This document shows, one piece after another, positions 10,520 to 20,766 of a DNA stretch of 64,000 nt (the first letter of the stretch is position 1; every line of letters starts with the position of its first letter). Source of the stretch: an uncultured delta proteobacterium (GTDB taxonomy: Bacteria > Desulfobacterota > Desulfuromonadia > Desulfuromonadales > BM103). The stretch is from assembly GCA_963715335.1 (NCBI GenBank), contig CAVQRZ010000009.1, forward strand, positions 32,001 through 96,000, in the 5' to 3' direction. The notes under the pieces are model-generated. The model ran no database searches. It was not told the origin of the DNA and worked only from the letters and a program-made list of their open reading frames with translations. Made by a program: the position numbers and the translations under genes.

Positions 10520-11302
10520 ATGACAAAGAGTCAGAGTGTAAAACCATCAACCAACTTTACAAAACCTGCGGTGTCATTCGATGGATCGAAGAAGAAAATA
10601 CTCCTGGTTGACGATGTGAACTTGTTCATAGAGCTAGAAAAAACCTTTCTCCAGCGCAAGAAAGACTTCGAGATTCTGACTGCGAAAAGTGGCGAAGAGG
10701 CCTTAAGGATTGTCGAAGTTGAACGACCTGACCTTGTTTACCTGGACCTGCATATGCCGGGAATGAACGGCGATGAATGCTGCCGGCTGATCAAGGCCTC
10801 AGAGGGTGGCAAAAATACCCCGGTCGTTATGGTCACCTCAGATGGCGGCGAGGAGGTTAAATCCCGCTGCATCGCGGCGGGTTGCAACGAAATCATAACC
10901 AAGCCAATCAATCGGTCCTTTTTTCTTTCTTTTGCAAAAAGGTACCTCGATATTCACGAAAGGAAAGAGCCCAGGTATGCTTCACATATAAAAATAAAGT
11001 TTGGTCTGCAGAGGGATAATTTAGTGACCGACTATACGGTTAATTTCAATACCGGCGGTTTATTTACATCCTCGCCCAGATTGCTGCCGGTCGGCTCAAA
11101 ACTTTTTGTTGAATTCAGCTTGCCTGGGGATGACAAGATCATTTGTACCCAGGCCCGAGTCGCTTGGGCCAATGAAGGAGTGACCCCCCTAAAACGCGAT
11201 CTTCCTGTCGGTATGGGGATGGGCTTTGTCGGTATCAGTCTTGATGATAAGGGTGTCATCCGGCAATACATTGAGAATAATGCTCTCACCGCAGACTGGT
11301 AG
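10520..11302 (+). CDS. Response regulator receiver fused to PilZ domain
   Basis: ILLVDD...LDLHMPGMNG...KP receiver; RKEPR and NFNTGG PilZ motifs. Confidence 0.85.
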   Translation: MTKSQSVKPSTNFTKPAVSFDGSKKKILLVDDVNLFIELEKTFLQRKKDFEILTAKSGEEALRIVEVERPDLVYLDLHMPGMNGDECCRLIKASEGGKNTPVVMVTSDGGEEVKSRCIAAGCNEIITKPINRSFFLSFAKRYLDIHERKEPRYASHIKIKFGLQRDNLVTDYTVNFNTGGLFTSSPRLLPVGSKLFVEFSLPGDDKIICTQARVAWANEGVTPLKRDLPVGMGMGFVGISLDDKGVIRQYIENNALTADW

Positions 11303-11334
11303 AAAGATGCTCTCAAAACGTTTATAGCCAGCTG

Positions 11335-11754
11335 TCAGCTGCAGTTGTCTTTGCCATAACAGTTTCCGAAAAAATCTCCCGAGGCGATTACTGGCAACCC
11401 TTCTGTAGGCCGGTTATATATATAGACCCATGCCGTCAGCTTTTGGCCGGTGCTAAGGACTACTTCCTGCTTTACGCGAACATACTCCGTAGGTTCAGTG
11501 AAGCTTGGGCCACACTCTTCATACTGGTCCAGAGCAGATAATCCTTTGGCAGGCTCATGGAGGGAAAATACCTCACCTTTTACCTGCCGGGTTGGATCGT
11601 CTGAAGGCACGATGCCAGGGTAGTCATCGATTCTGTACAGTCGACCTTGATATGTTGCCTCGCCCACAAAAACCGCATAGCGAGCAAGGAGATGGTACAT
11701 CTCGCTTTCAGTATCTCTTCTCAGGGTTCCATATACGAACAAGTAGTCCAGCAT
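11335..11754 (-). CDS. Gamma-glutamylcyclotransferase family protein
   Basis: LFVYGTLR, YPG, GEV, LDQYE, AWVY motifs. Confidence 0.85.
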   Translation of the reverse strand: MLDYLFVYGTLRRDTESEMYHLLARYAVFVGEATYQGRLYRIDDYPGIVPSDDPTRQVKGEVFSLHEPAKGLSALDQYEECGPSFTEPTEYVRVKQEVVLSTGQKLTAWVYIYNRPTEGLPVIASGDFFGNCYGKDNCS

Positions 11755-12014
11755 TATTTCTTTTCCTTCAATCATTACACTTCTGAACCGAGGGAAGACC
11801 AGCCCTCGAAGTCCTTTATTTTAGCTGAACTACAATAATAATGGCCACCAGGAATTGATCCTCGTGGCCATCGTTTTATTGATTAACGAGCGTCTGAAAT
11901 ATCTCTATCAATAACACGCATGTGTTGTCTGGATGTTGTGTATCAGGAGAAAGGCCCTGATCCGATTCATAATATTAAGGTCTTTTATGTTTTATTAAGT
12001 GGTGCCGTATTTGC

Positions 12015-12031
12015 TGTCGGATAAGTTTACA
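12015..12031 (+). promoter_or_regulatory. Putative enhancer-binding-protein site TGT-N11-ACA ending in TTTACA
   Basis: TGTCGGATAAGTTTACA about 60 bp upstream of a sigma54 motif. Confidence 0.5.
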
Positions 12032-12090
12032 GTTCAATGCAGTAGCCGAGATTTGGCGAATAAAATACTGTAATTATTGTATAAAAAGTA

Positions 12091-12106
12091 CGGCATAATA
12101 ATTGCT
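12091..12106 (+). promoter_or_regulatory. Putative sigma54 -24/-12 promoter
   Basis: CGGCATAATAATTGCT: GG-N10-GC spacing with TTGCT. Confidence 0.65.
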
Positions 12107-12176
12107 GACTACTTAAGTCAGGTACTTTGAGTCATCATTTAAAAGCCCTCAAAGAGGGTATAGTCAAAAAATCAAT

Positions 12177-13082
12177 ATGACGATTTGTCGTTCAATAGTG
12201 AGACTGTCGGTTTTTATTACACTTTGTCTGGCTCTGTCTGTGGCTCATGGGGCTGTTGCCAAAGATGGGCCTACTGTCGACATCCGGTTCCAACAGGGGC
12301 TGATATCGGTGCAGAGCGAAAACGCCACCCTGGCCGAGGTGTTACGGGCCGTCGCCGGGGAAACCGGTATTCAGCTGCATATCCGCGATGAGGATTTCCA
12401 GCAGAAGAGTCCATGGTCTTTAGTCGACCGGCCTCTTCTGGAGGCGATCAGGCAGCTGGCAGGAACCCATAACATGGCGATTACCTTCGCAGACAGATCA
12501 AGCCAAGAGACAGCCAGACGGATTTCAAGTCTCTGGATTTTTGGCAACACGGCAGCATCACAGGCAGCACTTGAAGCTGCCATGGCCGTGGCGAGCCCCG
12601 ACACAGCTGAGCAGGTCCGAGCAAAAACCCATGAGGAGCTCAGCGATCCTGATCCGCTGGTCAGGCTCGGTGCGATCCAAAGGCTGGCCGACTCGCAAGA
12701 TCGGAATGATGTGATGATCCTGACCCGGGTCATGTTGGAAGATGATGACCCCGCGGTACGGGAACAGGCCCGTTCTGCCCTCGAAAAACTTACGGGCGAA
12801 GCCGCTGCTGTAACCGTTGAAAACGGTTTGGGCGACGCCGATTACCTGGTCCGGGCTGAGACCGTCCGTTTCCTGGCGCAGGCCGAACAGGGCCGCGTCA
12901 CCCCGAGCCTGGGGCAGGTCTTGTTCAGCGACCCGGACCCATTGATTCGCCTCGAAGCCGTACTGGCGATCGCACAACACCACGGCGAAGCGTCGCGGGC
13001 CTTTTTGCAGGTTGCGGCCAAGGATGAAGACAGCATGGTGAGAGAAGCTGCACTTTACGCCCTTTCTGAACAGGAAGAATAG
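12177..13082 (+). CDS. Secreted HEAT-repeat protein with STN/secretin-N-like N-terminal domain
   Basis: Signal peptide; ATLAEVLRAVAGETGI segment; repeated DPDPLVR-type HEAT units. Confidence 0.75.
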   Translation: MTICRSIVRLSVFITLCLALSVAHGAVAKDGPTVDIRFQQGLISVQSENATLAEVLRAVAGETGIQLHIRDEDFQQKSPWSLVDRPLLEAIRQLAGTHNMAITFADRSSQETARRISSLWIFGNTAASQAALEAAMAVASPDTAEQVRAKTHEELSDPDPLVRLGAIQRLADSQDRNDVMILTRVMLEDDDPAVREQARSALEKLTGEAAAVTVENGLGDADYLVRAETVRFLAQAEQGRVTPSLGQVLFSDPDPLIRLEAVLAIAQHHGEASRAFLQVAAKDEDSMVREAALYALSEQEE

Positions 13083-13141
13083 CTGTCATTATAAGTTTTA
13101 GATGCACAATACAGATCACAACCAGCCAAAGGAGGTACAAG

Positions 13142-13991
13142 ATGAATCTAAAAGCAATCAGGGGGCCGCTGGTCCTAATCTTGGGCCTGTTTCTCATGAC
13201 AGTCCTGGCCCCGGCTACGGCCACTGCGTTTACGGATTTAAACATTTCCGGCAGCATAACGTTTGATGACGGTAATACATTTGCCGATGACACGGTCACT
13301 GGATCGGGGAGCATGGACGTGTTTCAGGAGGAGTGCCATCTTCAACCACTTTTGATGGCAGCAGCGGCGTTTTACCGGTGACAATCCATTGACTGGGAAC
13401 CTGACCAATGTTGGCGACGGCTTTGGTGGTTCAGCCGAATTCTCTCGGGAGCGATTTCGCTGAATTTCTTACCGGGCTGGGATCTTGACCCTGAATCTCG
13501 GTAACAGTTCCGGAACTGACAGTCTTACAGGTCTAGTTTCCAGGTCGACTACGACAATAGGTCAACAGCAGTGGGCGGACGCCTATGGCCGCTCGGAGTT
13601 TTCTTGGCGGCACCAGTTTGGAGACGATGACGTTTTTGCAGACGTTCCTTGTCTCGGACACTCTTAACGGCAATGAGAATACAGATGGCTCTAGCGATCC
13701 GGTTTTGGTGGACTGCTCGACCGAGTCTGGGCTCCTTCTTTTTGATCTCATGCTTGCATCCGCTGACGAACTTCGAGCCTCTTTGGCTCTGGAACAGCTT
13801 GTTGGAGGAGTCTTTGATGATTCAGAACTGGTACGTCTTTGGCCAGCATCGACTCCTTCATCAGCATCACCGGAGTCGAAAACCTGACCGCTCCTCCAGC
13901 ACCGATTCCGGAACCGAGCACGGTGGCCCTTTTGGGCTTCGGCCTGGTCGGTCTGGGCATCATGGTCCACAGACGTCGCAAGAACTCTTAA
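13142..13991 (+). pseudogene. PEP-CTERM sorting-domain protein broken by several frameshifts
   Basis: Signal peptide at 13142; C-terminus read by hand ...APIPEPSTVALLGFGLVGLGIMVHRRRKNS* (stop 13989-13991); middle part split across frames. Confidence 0.8.
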
Positions 13992-14009
13992 CACGTAAAG
14001 GAGATGATT

Positions 14010-14627
14010 ATGCTAAAAGGAATAAAAAAACTCACTCTGGGCGTTGCAGTGATCGCCCTTCTGGCCACGACCACGCTCTGGAGCGCACCTGCCCAGGCAT
14101 CGGAGCCTTTCATCGGCCAGATTATGATAGTCGGATTTAACTTCGCGCCGCGAGGCTTTGCCAGTTGTGATGGGCAACTGCTGCCCATCTCGCAAAATAC
14201 AGCACTTTTCTCACTTTTAGGGACCACTTTCGGCGGTGATGGACGCACCACCTTTGGTCTGCCTGACCTCAGAGGACGCACTGCGGTAGGCGTAGGGACT
14301 GGACCGGGAATCTCTACCATGTCTTGGGGAGAGAAAGCTGGAGTTGAAAATACCCTGTTAACTGTAGCTAATCTTCCATCCCACTCCCACAGCGTTTCCG
14401 TCAAGGGGACGGCGACAAGAGGTAATTCTGAGATTCCCACCGGCAACACTTGGGCCAGTCGCTCACGGGACAATGATTACAGTAATGCGACCCCTGTCGT
14501 TGAAATGAAAGCCGGTTCAGTATCAATTGGCAATACAGGTAATGGCACGTCATTTACCAACATGCAGCCATCCCTGGGGCTCTGGCATGTCATTGCCTTA
14601 GTAGGGATTTACCCGTCACGGAGCTAA
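14010..14627 (+). CDS. Phage tail collar domain protein with Sec signal peptide
   Basis: EPFIGQI...GFNFAPRGFA.CDGQLLPISQNTALFSLLGTTFGGDGRTTFGLPDLRGR; C-terminal IALVGIYPSRS. Confidence 0.9.
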   Translation: MLKGIKKLTLGVAVIALLATTTLWSAPAQASEPFIGQIMIVGFNFAPRGFASCDGQLLPISQNTALFSLLGTTFGGDGRTTFGLPDLRGRTAVGVGTGPGISTMSWGEKAGVENTLLTVANLPSHSHSVSVKGTATRGNSEIPTGNTWASRSRDNDYSNATPVVEMKAGSVSIGNTGNGTSFTNMQPSLGLWHVIALVGIYPSRS

Positions 14628-14661
14628 AAGTTTTTGTGGCTGGATCGCTTGTTGTCAAAAA

Positions 14662-15649
14662 ATGAAAATAAAGATATTCCAAATACTTGCTCTGGTCCTG
14701 CTGTTGGTCGCCATTCCCTGTTACGGAATGGCGGCCAATAGCCGTTCAGACATGAAGCGTGCTGAAAAAGCTCTTGCTCAATCTGATTACCAGACGGCTT
14801 TTGCCATCTATCAGCGCTATGCGGTTGATGAGAAGGACCCCTTGGCGCAGTTCACCTTGGGGCTTTTCTACGAAAATGGCTGGGGGAAGCCGATAGATAG
14901 AAAAAAGGCCTGCGAATTGTATGAACAAGCGTCTGCAGGGGATATCCCTGCAGCCGCTCATCTTGCCGCTGAATGTGTCTTGGCCGGAGTTCACCGACCA
15001 TCTGCTCCAGACGATGCCGCAGCCCTGCTGGAACAGGCCGGCAATCAGGGACACTATCTTTCTTTCTGTTCCCTCGGCGAGCTGTATATGAAAGGTCAAG
15101 GCGTTGCCAAAGACCCTGCCAAGGGTCTGGAGTTTTGTGCGCAAGCAGCCAACCAGAATGTCCCCAAAGCGAAACTGCTAATGGGTCAATTCCTTTTGGA
15201 AGGTGATCCTGCAATCCGTAACTATGGAGAAGCGATCAATTGGTTCCAGGCGGCAGCTCAGGATGATTTGCCAGAAGCGCAATATTCTCTTGGCATCATG
15301 GCCCGCGATGGCCTCGGCATGGAGAAAAACCGCCAGGCGGCCATCAACTGGCTGGAACAAGCCGCCAGCCATGGTTATGCACCGGCCTACCTGCCGACGG
15401 GTCAACTCTACATCACCCCGCCACCCGGTGCCGAAGACCTTCAACCCCCGGCAGAAGAACTGGCCAAAGCCTATCTGTGGCTCTCGGCAGCCAAAGCAAG
15501 CTCTTCGCCCCAGGACCGAGATAGAGGCCGAAAAAGCCCTGCAGGACGTGCAGAAGATCATGCCGGCCAGCTGGGTGCCAGAGCTCGACCAGAAGGTCGC
15601 GCAACACCTCGCGGAATTCCCCCCGCAGCAGCAACCAGGCTTGAAATAA
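14662..15649 (+). CDS. Secreted Sel1-like repeat protein (frameshift near 15515)
   Basis: AQFTLGLFYENG and AQYSLGIMARDG Sel1 repeats; plausible helical C-terminus continues in the 15203..15649 frame. Confidence 0.8.
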
Positions 15650-16813
15650 TCAGGCCCATTTCCTGGCAAGACGCATGACCGGCTTTTCAATGAGCAGGTA
15701 GGAAATCGTCGCCACCAGCAGGGACAGTCCCAGGCTGACGCTGCCAAACACTCCCCACTGCACGCTGATATCTATACCTTGCCCGCTCAGGTAGCGATAA
15801 ACCAGGTTCAGACAGGGCACATGGAACAGGTAGAGGCTGTAGGATATCAGTCCCAACCAGCGCAGGGGAGGACTGTCCAGCAGGCGTTTGGCATGGCGGC
15901 TGAAGGGGATGCAGAGGATCATCAGCGCCAGCAGCAGCGGCACACCGGGAAAACCGTAAGGGCCCGACGGCAATTGCAGGAACTCTTCCCAGCCGGTCAG
16001 GATCAGCACCAGCGCCCCGCCAAACAAACCCCATACGCCGATTTCGCAAAGCCACTGGAATTTTTTCTGTATCATCGATGCCTTTCGCTCCCGGATCCGC
16101 AGGTAGAGATACCCGGCCACAAGCCCCAGCAGGAACAGCGGCAGCTGCCCGGCAAGGGAATGGTAAAGAACGGCACCATTGGGTCGCAGCCAGATCAACC
16201 AGGGATTGGACGGCCAGAAGACCATCGCGTCAACTGTGCGCATCAGCCAGAAATGCAGCAGGTAGGCGGCCATGGCCATGGTCAGTATCAAAAGCACCCC
16301 TTTGCGGACCGACAGCTTGCGAATCAGCAGAAAGATCAACGGCAGCAGGAGGTAGAATTGCATCTCGACGGCGATGGTCCAGAATACCGGGTTGATGCTG
16401 AAGATGCTGAACTCGGCGAAATTGAACAGAAAGGTGTAATGCAGGGCGATATCGGCGCCCGCCCCGGGTACGCGCCAGAGGCCATCCATGTAGAGCAACA
16501 GGGTCAGGGCAACATAATAGGCCGGCAGAATTCTCGCCAGCCTCCTGACCGTATATTTCTTCAGGTCAGGCAACTTCTGGTTATCGGCCTTGGCCTGCCA
16601 GAACAGAACACTGAGCAGCAGCCCGCTCAAGGTGAAGAAAACCGAGACGCCGCGCTCGCCGTTGGCCAACAGGGTGGCTACGTCGACCGGCCCGATGAAC
16701 ATGTCGAACTGGACGTTCTGGTTGAGATGCACCCCGAAAACCGCCAGTGCGGCAAGGCCCCGCAGACCATCCAGGCCGCCGATGTGTTTGATCGAACTTC
16801 GTGAGCCCATCAT
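15650..16813 (-). CDS. Acyltransferase-3 (OafA-like) membrane O-acyltransferase
   Basis: LDGLRGLAAL, FFTLSG, RRLARILP, WTIAVEMQFY, SYSLYLFH, IEKP motifs. Confidence 0.9.
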   Translation of the reverse strand: MMGSRSSIKHIGGLDGLRGLAALAVFGVHLNQNVQFDMFIGPVDVATLLANGERGVSVFFTLSGLLLSVLFWQAKADNQKLPDLKKYTVRRLARILPAYYVALTLLLYMDGLWRVPGAGADIALHYTFLFNFAEFSIFSINPVFWTIAVEMQFYLLLPLIFLLIRKLSVRKGVLLILTMAMAAYLLHFWLMRTVDAMVFWPSNPWLIWLRPNGAVLYHSLAGQLPLFLLGLVAGYLYLRIRERKASMIQKKFQWLCEIGVWGLFGGALVLILTGWEEFLQLPSGPYGFPGVPLLLALMILCIPFSRHAKRLLDSPPLRWLGLISYSLYLFHVPCLNLVYRYLSGQGIDISVQWGVFGSVSLGLSLLVATISYLLIEKPVMRLARKWA

Positions 16814-17091
16814 AGTTACCCGTCAGATTACATCGATAAGATACCTCAATATAAGCCTCTCGGACGTTGGGGTCAAAGTGGATGAAATCTTTATTTGTAC
16901 TCTTAGTTTGACGATCAGGAAGAGGGGTAGGGTGTAGTAGCTTCTTGTGGTGGTCTAGACACAAACTGATGACCAGGATCTCTCAGCTATAAATGTTATA
17001 ATATCATATATATATCAATTACTTATGTTTGACAATTAATGTTTTAAATTAGGTATATAGTCCAGGGGATGGTGAATAAAAAATTATCAAA

Positions 17092-17467
17092 ATGCCGAAA
17101 AGAGCAGTGTCCTTCACAAGGAGACGATCGCGGAATGAAGGCACTGTCAAAGTATGGCACGCTCTGAATGAATGTTCAAAAAAACACCGCAGCACTAACG
17201 GCCAGGCACAGTTGAGTAGAAAGGGCAGTTCGGTCAGAATCGCAATGCTTATCGAGATGATGAAATCGTGGTGCAATAGTGCAGAGCGGACTGATCCTGT
17301 GGTTGTCATTCTTTAAGGAGAGCCTTTGGTTATCAAGATTGGCTGAGGGTTACAACTGATTTACGGATCTTGCAGACATCTATGGATACTCACATCAACG
17401 TCAAATCCTGAATTACCTGTATGTGCAACTTGATGGAACTCTTGATGCTTATATGAAAGAGGTTTGA
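17092..17467 (+). pseudogene. Degraded tyrosine recombinase C-terminal half
   Basis: Across three frames: LSRKG...MMKSWC / CHSLRRAFGY / IYGYSHQRQILNYLYVQ...AYMKEV*. Confidence 0.65.
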
Positions 17468-18250
17468 AATTAGATATTTTGCTGGCGCTGAAATTTGCCC
17501 TCTAAGCTGCGATCTCTATCCGGCGAAGGGGAAAGTATGGACATGATGGGAGTCGTTTGGCCTTTTTTTTGATCCAGGGCAGCATGAAGGGTTGATACCG
17601 ACTTTTATCACTTTCTATGCGCAGATTCAATTTTGGTCTTTGCCTATACGACTCATGCGTTTTCCATCCCCATAAGTTTACATAATATATATTATGCGAC
17701 GTTATGTGTAGATATGGCCGGAAATAGACAAAACATGATCGCCCTCTTCTTGAGCAGTCGATGAAGCAATAGCAGCCAGATCTGGACAACTGACTTGAGT
17801 CGACAACATCTCTTGATCCTGTTCGGAATCAAAAATAAACGAAAAAAGCTATAAAAAGACCATGCTTTGCCCTTCTGCAGATAAAGATCGTGGCTTGGAG
17901 GGCAAATTTGGACGTTAACCAAACTTCCACCTCTAATCTCCTTCATGCATGCAGCTTGAACTTCATCAGGCTCACCCTCTTCTATATATCCTCCAGGAGC
18001 ACATCGTTTAACTAAACGGTCTGTGTCTACCGGTAAATAGTTAAATTGACAGACATTGTCGAGCTTGGTCTTTGATCTTTTGAAAGAGGATGACAAGTCC
18101 AGTAACAGATAATGTCACATTGAATATCTTTGAAAAAGAACGTTTTATGATGGAAGTATTGCATATAAAGCTATGTATTCTGGTTATTTAGAATCTTATA
18201 GTTAAATTGAATTCGAGCAATATTGAGTTCACTGAAAGGTCGAGCTGAAC

Positions 18251-20362
18251 CTAGCATTTAACCACCAGCAGAGTGAGGTCGTCTTGCAGCGCCAGTGCAC
18301 CGCGGAAGCGGTTTTCCGCCGCAAGCACAGCGGAGAGAATATCTTCTGCTGATCCGGTCGCGTTGTTCGCCACGACCTCCTGCAGGCGTTCGATGCCGAA
18401 CATCTGGCCGTCGGCAGCGCGGGACTCCCAGATACCGTCAGTGCCGATCAACAGGATATCGCCGGTCTCAACCAGGTTCGGTCCCGAGCAGCCGAATTCG
18501 GCATCGGCGAGGATGCCGAGCGGAATGCCGGTGCTTGCCAACTCCTCAAATTGTCTGGTGCGCCAGTGATAATGAAAAGCAGGCCCGTGACCGGCTGAAA
18601 CCCAGCTGAAGGTTCTGGCCTCGGCATCCAGAATGCCGTAGAAAAGGGTCATGAACAGGTTGTCCGCGGTGTCCAGCTCGAGGTGGCGGTTCAGATCGGC
18701 AAGCAGGCCCCCTGGGTTTTGCAGGTCGGGCGTGGTCTGCGAGCGTAGAACGCTTCGGGCGGCAGCCATCAGCAGCGTCGAGCCGATGCCGTGACCGGTG
18801 ACATCGCCGACCACCACGGCCAGGCGCCGGCTGTCGATGGTGATGTAATCAAAGTAGTCGCCGCCGGTTTCGTCACAGTAGAAAGTTTTGCCGGCGATAT
18901 CGAACCCCTGCAGGAATGGGGCGGCCTCTGGCAGGAGCCGTTGCTGGATCTCCCTGGCGGCCAGTAACGACCGCTTCATCGTTTCGCGCTCCTGCAGATG
19001 AGGACCGACATCATTAAAGGCATCCCCCAGGGACTGCAGTTCGTCGCCGGTGTCGATCTGGACCTTGACCGAGTAGTCCCCTTCCGCAAGCCGGCTGGCC
19101 GCCTTGGCCAGCACCTTGATCGGCCGGGTAACGATCCGGGCGCGAAAGTATGCCGTCAGGACCACCCAGACAAACACGACCAGCAGCAGCAGGCTGCTGA
19201 TTTCAAGGGCCGAGACAATCTTGTCGCGCAGATAGTTCTCGACCTTGACCGATGGCGCATACAACAGGCTCACAGGAACGATGACCAGTGGAAACGGTTC
19301 CCCGGCGATTGCCGAACTGTAGGCGACCAGGCTGTCTTCTCCTCGCCAGCGCATCGCCCGGACCCCGCTCCGCCCGGCCAGGATATCCTGTTGCAGGGCA
19401 AGCAGGGGCTCCTGGTCGGGGGACTCAAAAGCTAGTTGCTCCGGCGGCCGCTGCCAGTCGGCGCTGGCACTCTGTTGATGGGCTCGTAACAGGATCTCAA
19501 CGGTGACTTTGCCGGAGGGGTCCGGGCGGAGCGTCGCAACCAGCGTTTCTGATGCCTCACGCCAGTTTTCGGGGATTTCCCAGTCGGCGAAGAACTGTTC
19601 GTAGGCGACATCGATGGCGGTGACGCCGGCAAAACTCCCGTCCGGCCGATACACCGGCTGAGACAGGGTCAGAATCGGCTTACCGGTTGTGGCGTCGGTG
19701 ACCACCTTGCGAACCTGGGCGCGATCCTGCCGGGCTTCGAGATACCAGCTGCGCTTACGCGGGTCATAGTCGGCCGGGTATCCGCCATGCCCCGGGTAGC
19801 TGCTGTGAATGCCGGTTTCCAGTGCGGTGTACTGCCAGTAAAAGAGCTCGGGACGAATCTGGTTGATCTGTCGGTAAACCTCGGTCAGGTGCGAGATCCG
19901 CGCCAGGTCGGCGTTGAGCTGTTGGTTGGGCTTTTCCGTCAGCAGCACGACCTGTTCCTGGTAGCTGATCAGCATTGGCTCAAAGGTGCCTGTCTGGGCA
20001 AGGCGTAAATGCCACTTGGACGGCTGCAAGCCGGGCGGCTCCGGGTCGAGGCGGTCATAGCTGGCAGCCAGGTAAACCGGAGCACTTTCGGCTGGCTGCG
20101 CCGCGAGTAATTGTTCAACTTCGCGGACCTGTGAGGTCAAAGCCAGCTGCAGGGTCTGTTGATCGCGCTGCAGAATCCGTCGGAAATCTGAGACTTTGCT
20201 GAGCAGAATCTGTTGGGCCGAGTCCTCGAGCAGGAGGCGGATGTCGCTCGTCAGCCGGTTGCCGAGGCGCTGCAGGACGTACTGGTTCAGCATGGCACTC
20301 AAGCCAAGTGGAACCAGCGCGATGACCAGGAGCAGGACCAGCAATTTTGCGCGGATTTGCAT
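18251..20362 (-). CDS. Cache-HAMP-PP2C (SpoIIE/RsbU-type) sensor phosphatase
   Basis: Two TMs, YDPRKRSWY Cache motif, HAMP, GGDYFD, GDVTGHG, GTDG, DDLT. Confidence 0.9.
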   Translation of the reverse strand: MQIRAKLLVLLLVIALVPLGLSAMLNQYVLQRLGNRLTSDIRLLLEDSAQQILLSKVSDFRRILQRDQQTLQLALTSQVREVEQLLAAQPAESAPVYLAASYDRLDPEPPGLQPSKWHLRLAQTGTFEPMLISYQEQVVLLTEKPNQQLNADLARISHLTEVYRQINQIRPELFYWQYTALETGIHSSYPGHGGYPADYDPRKRSWYLEARQDRAQVRKVVTDATTGKPILTLSQPVYRPDGSFAGVTAIDVAYEQFFADWEIPENWREASETLVATLRPDPSGKVTVEILLRAHQQSASADWQRPPEQLAFESPDQEPLLALQQDILAGRSGVRAMRWRGEDSLVAYSSAIAGEPFPLVIVPVSLLYAPSVKVENYLRDKIVSALEISSLLLLVVFVWVVLTAYFRARIVTRPIKVLAKAASRLAEGDYSVKVQIDTGDELQSLGDAFNDVGPHLQERETMKRSLLAAREIQQRLLPEAAPFLQGFDIAGKTFYCDETGGDYFDYITIDSRRLAVVVGDVTGHGIGSTLLMAAARSVLRSQTTPDLQNPGGLLADLNRHLELDTADNLFMTLFYGILDAEARTFSWVSAGHGPAFHYHWRTRQFEELASTGIPLGILADAEFGCSGPNLVETGDILLIGTDGIWESRAADGQMFGIERLQEVVANNATGSAEDILSAVLAAENRFRGALALQDDLTLLVVKC

Positions 20363-20507
20363 AACGCCTCGTTTTGCAAATTATAACAGCAGGAGATTGT
20401 TTGCAAAGTCGTCTGCAACTTTTGGAGGTTTCCGAGGATCGACTCTGGGAATTCACAACAGGCAATAAAGAGATATTCAATAAACCGTTATCAGATAACC
20501 TGTAATC

Positions 20508-20533
20508 GGGGGCACTTGTTTTCAAGTGTCCCC
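20508..20533. repeat. REP hairpin copy
   Basis: GGGGGCACTTG-TTTT-CAAGTGTCCCC. Confidence 0.85.
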
Positions 20534-20766
20534 GGCCCCTCATCGCCCTACTCTGCTGCAATTTTACAGGACATAAAATTGCAATTATTTTTTACCCCCA
20601 CTTGCGGACATACGTTGCTTGCTATATATTACTAAAACAGTCAGGTATGGGCATCAAACATAGTCCCGAAAAACGGGGCTGGTCTGAACATTTGACTCAA
20701 GTTGAATGAAGCAGAGCCCAATTGGACACCCATAACCACAACCTTACAAGCAAGATGGAGAATATT

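Noticed and set aside
14010..14627. Prophage or tailocin
   Set aside because: A single collar-domain gene with a signal peptide; no other phage structural genes.
17502..18096. ORFs 17502..17789 and 17692..18096
   Set aside because: No motifs or convincing RBS; they lie in AT-rich, apparently decayed DNA.
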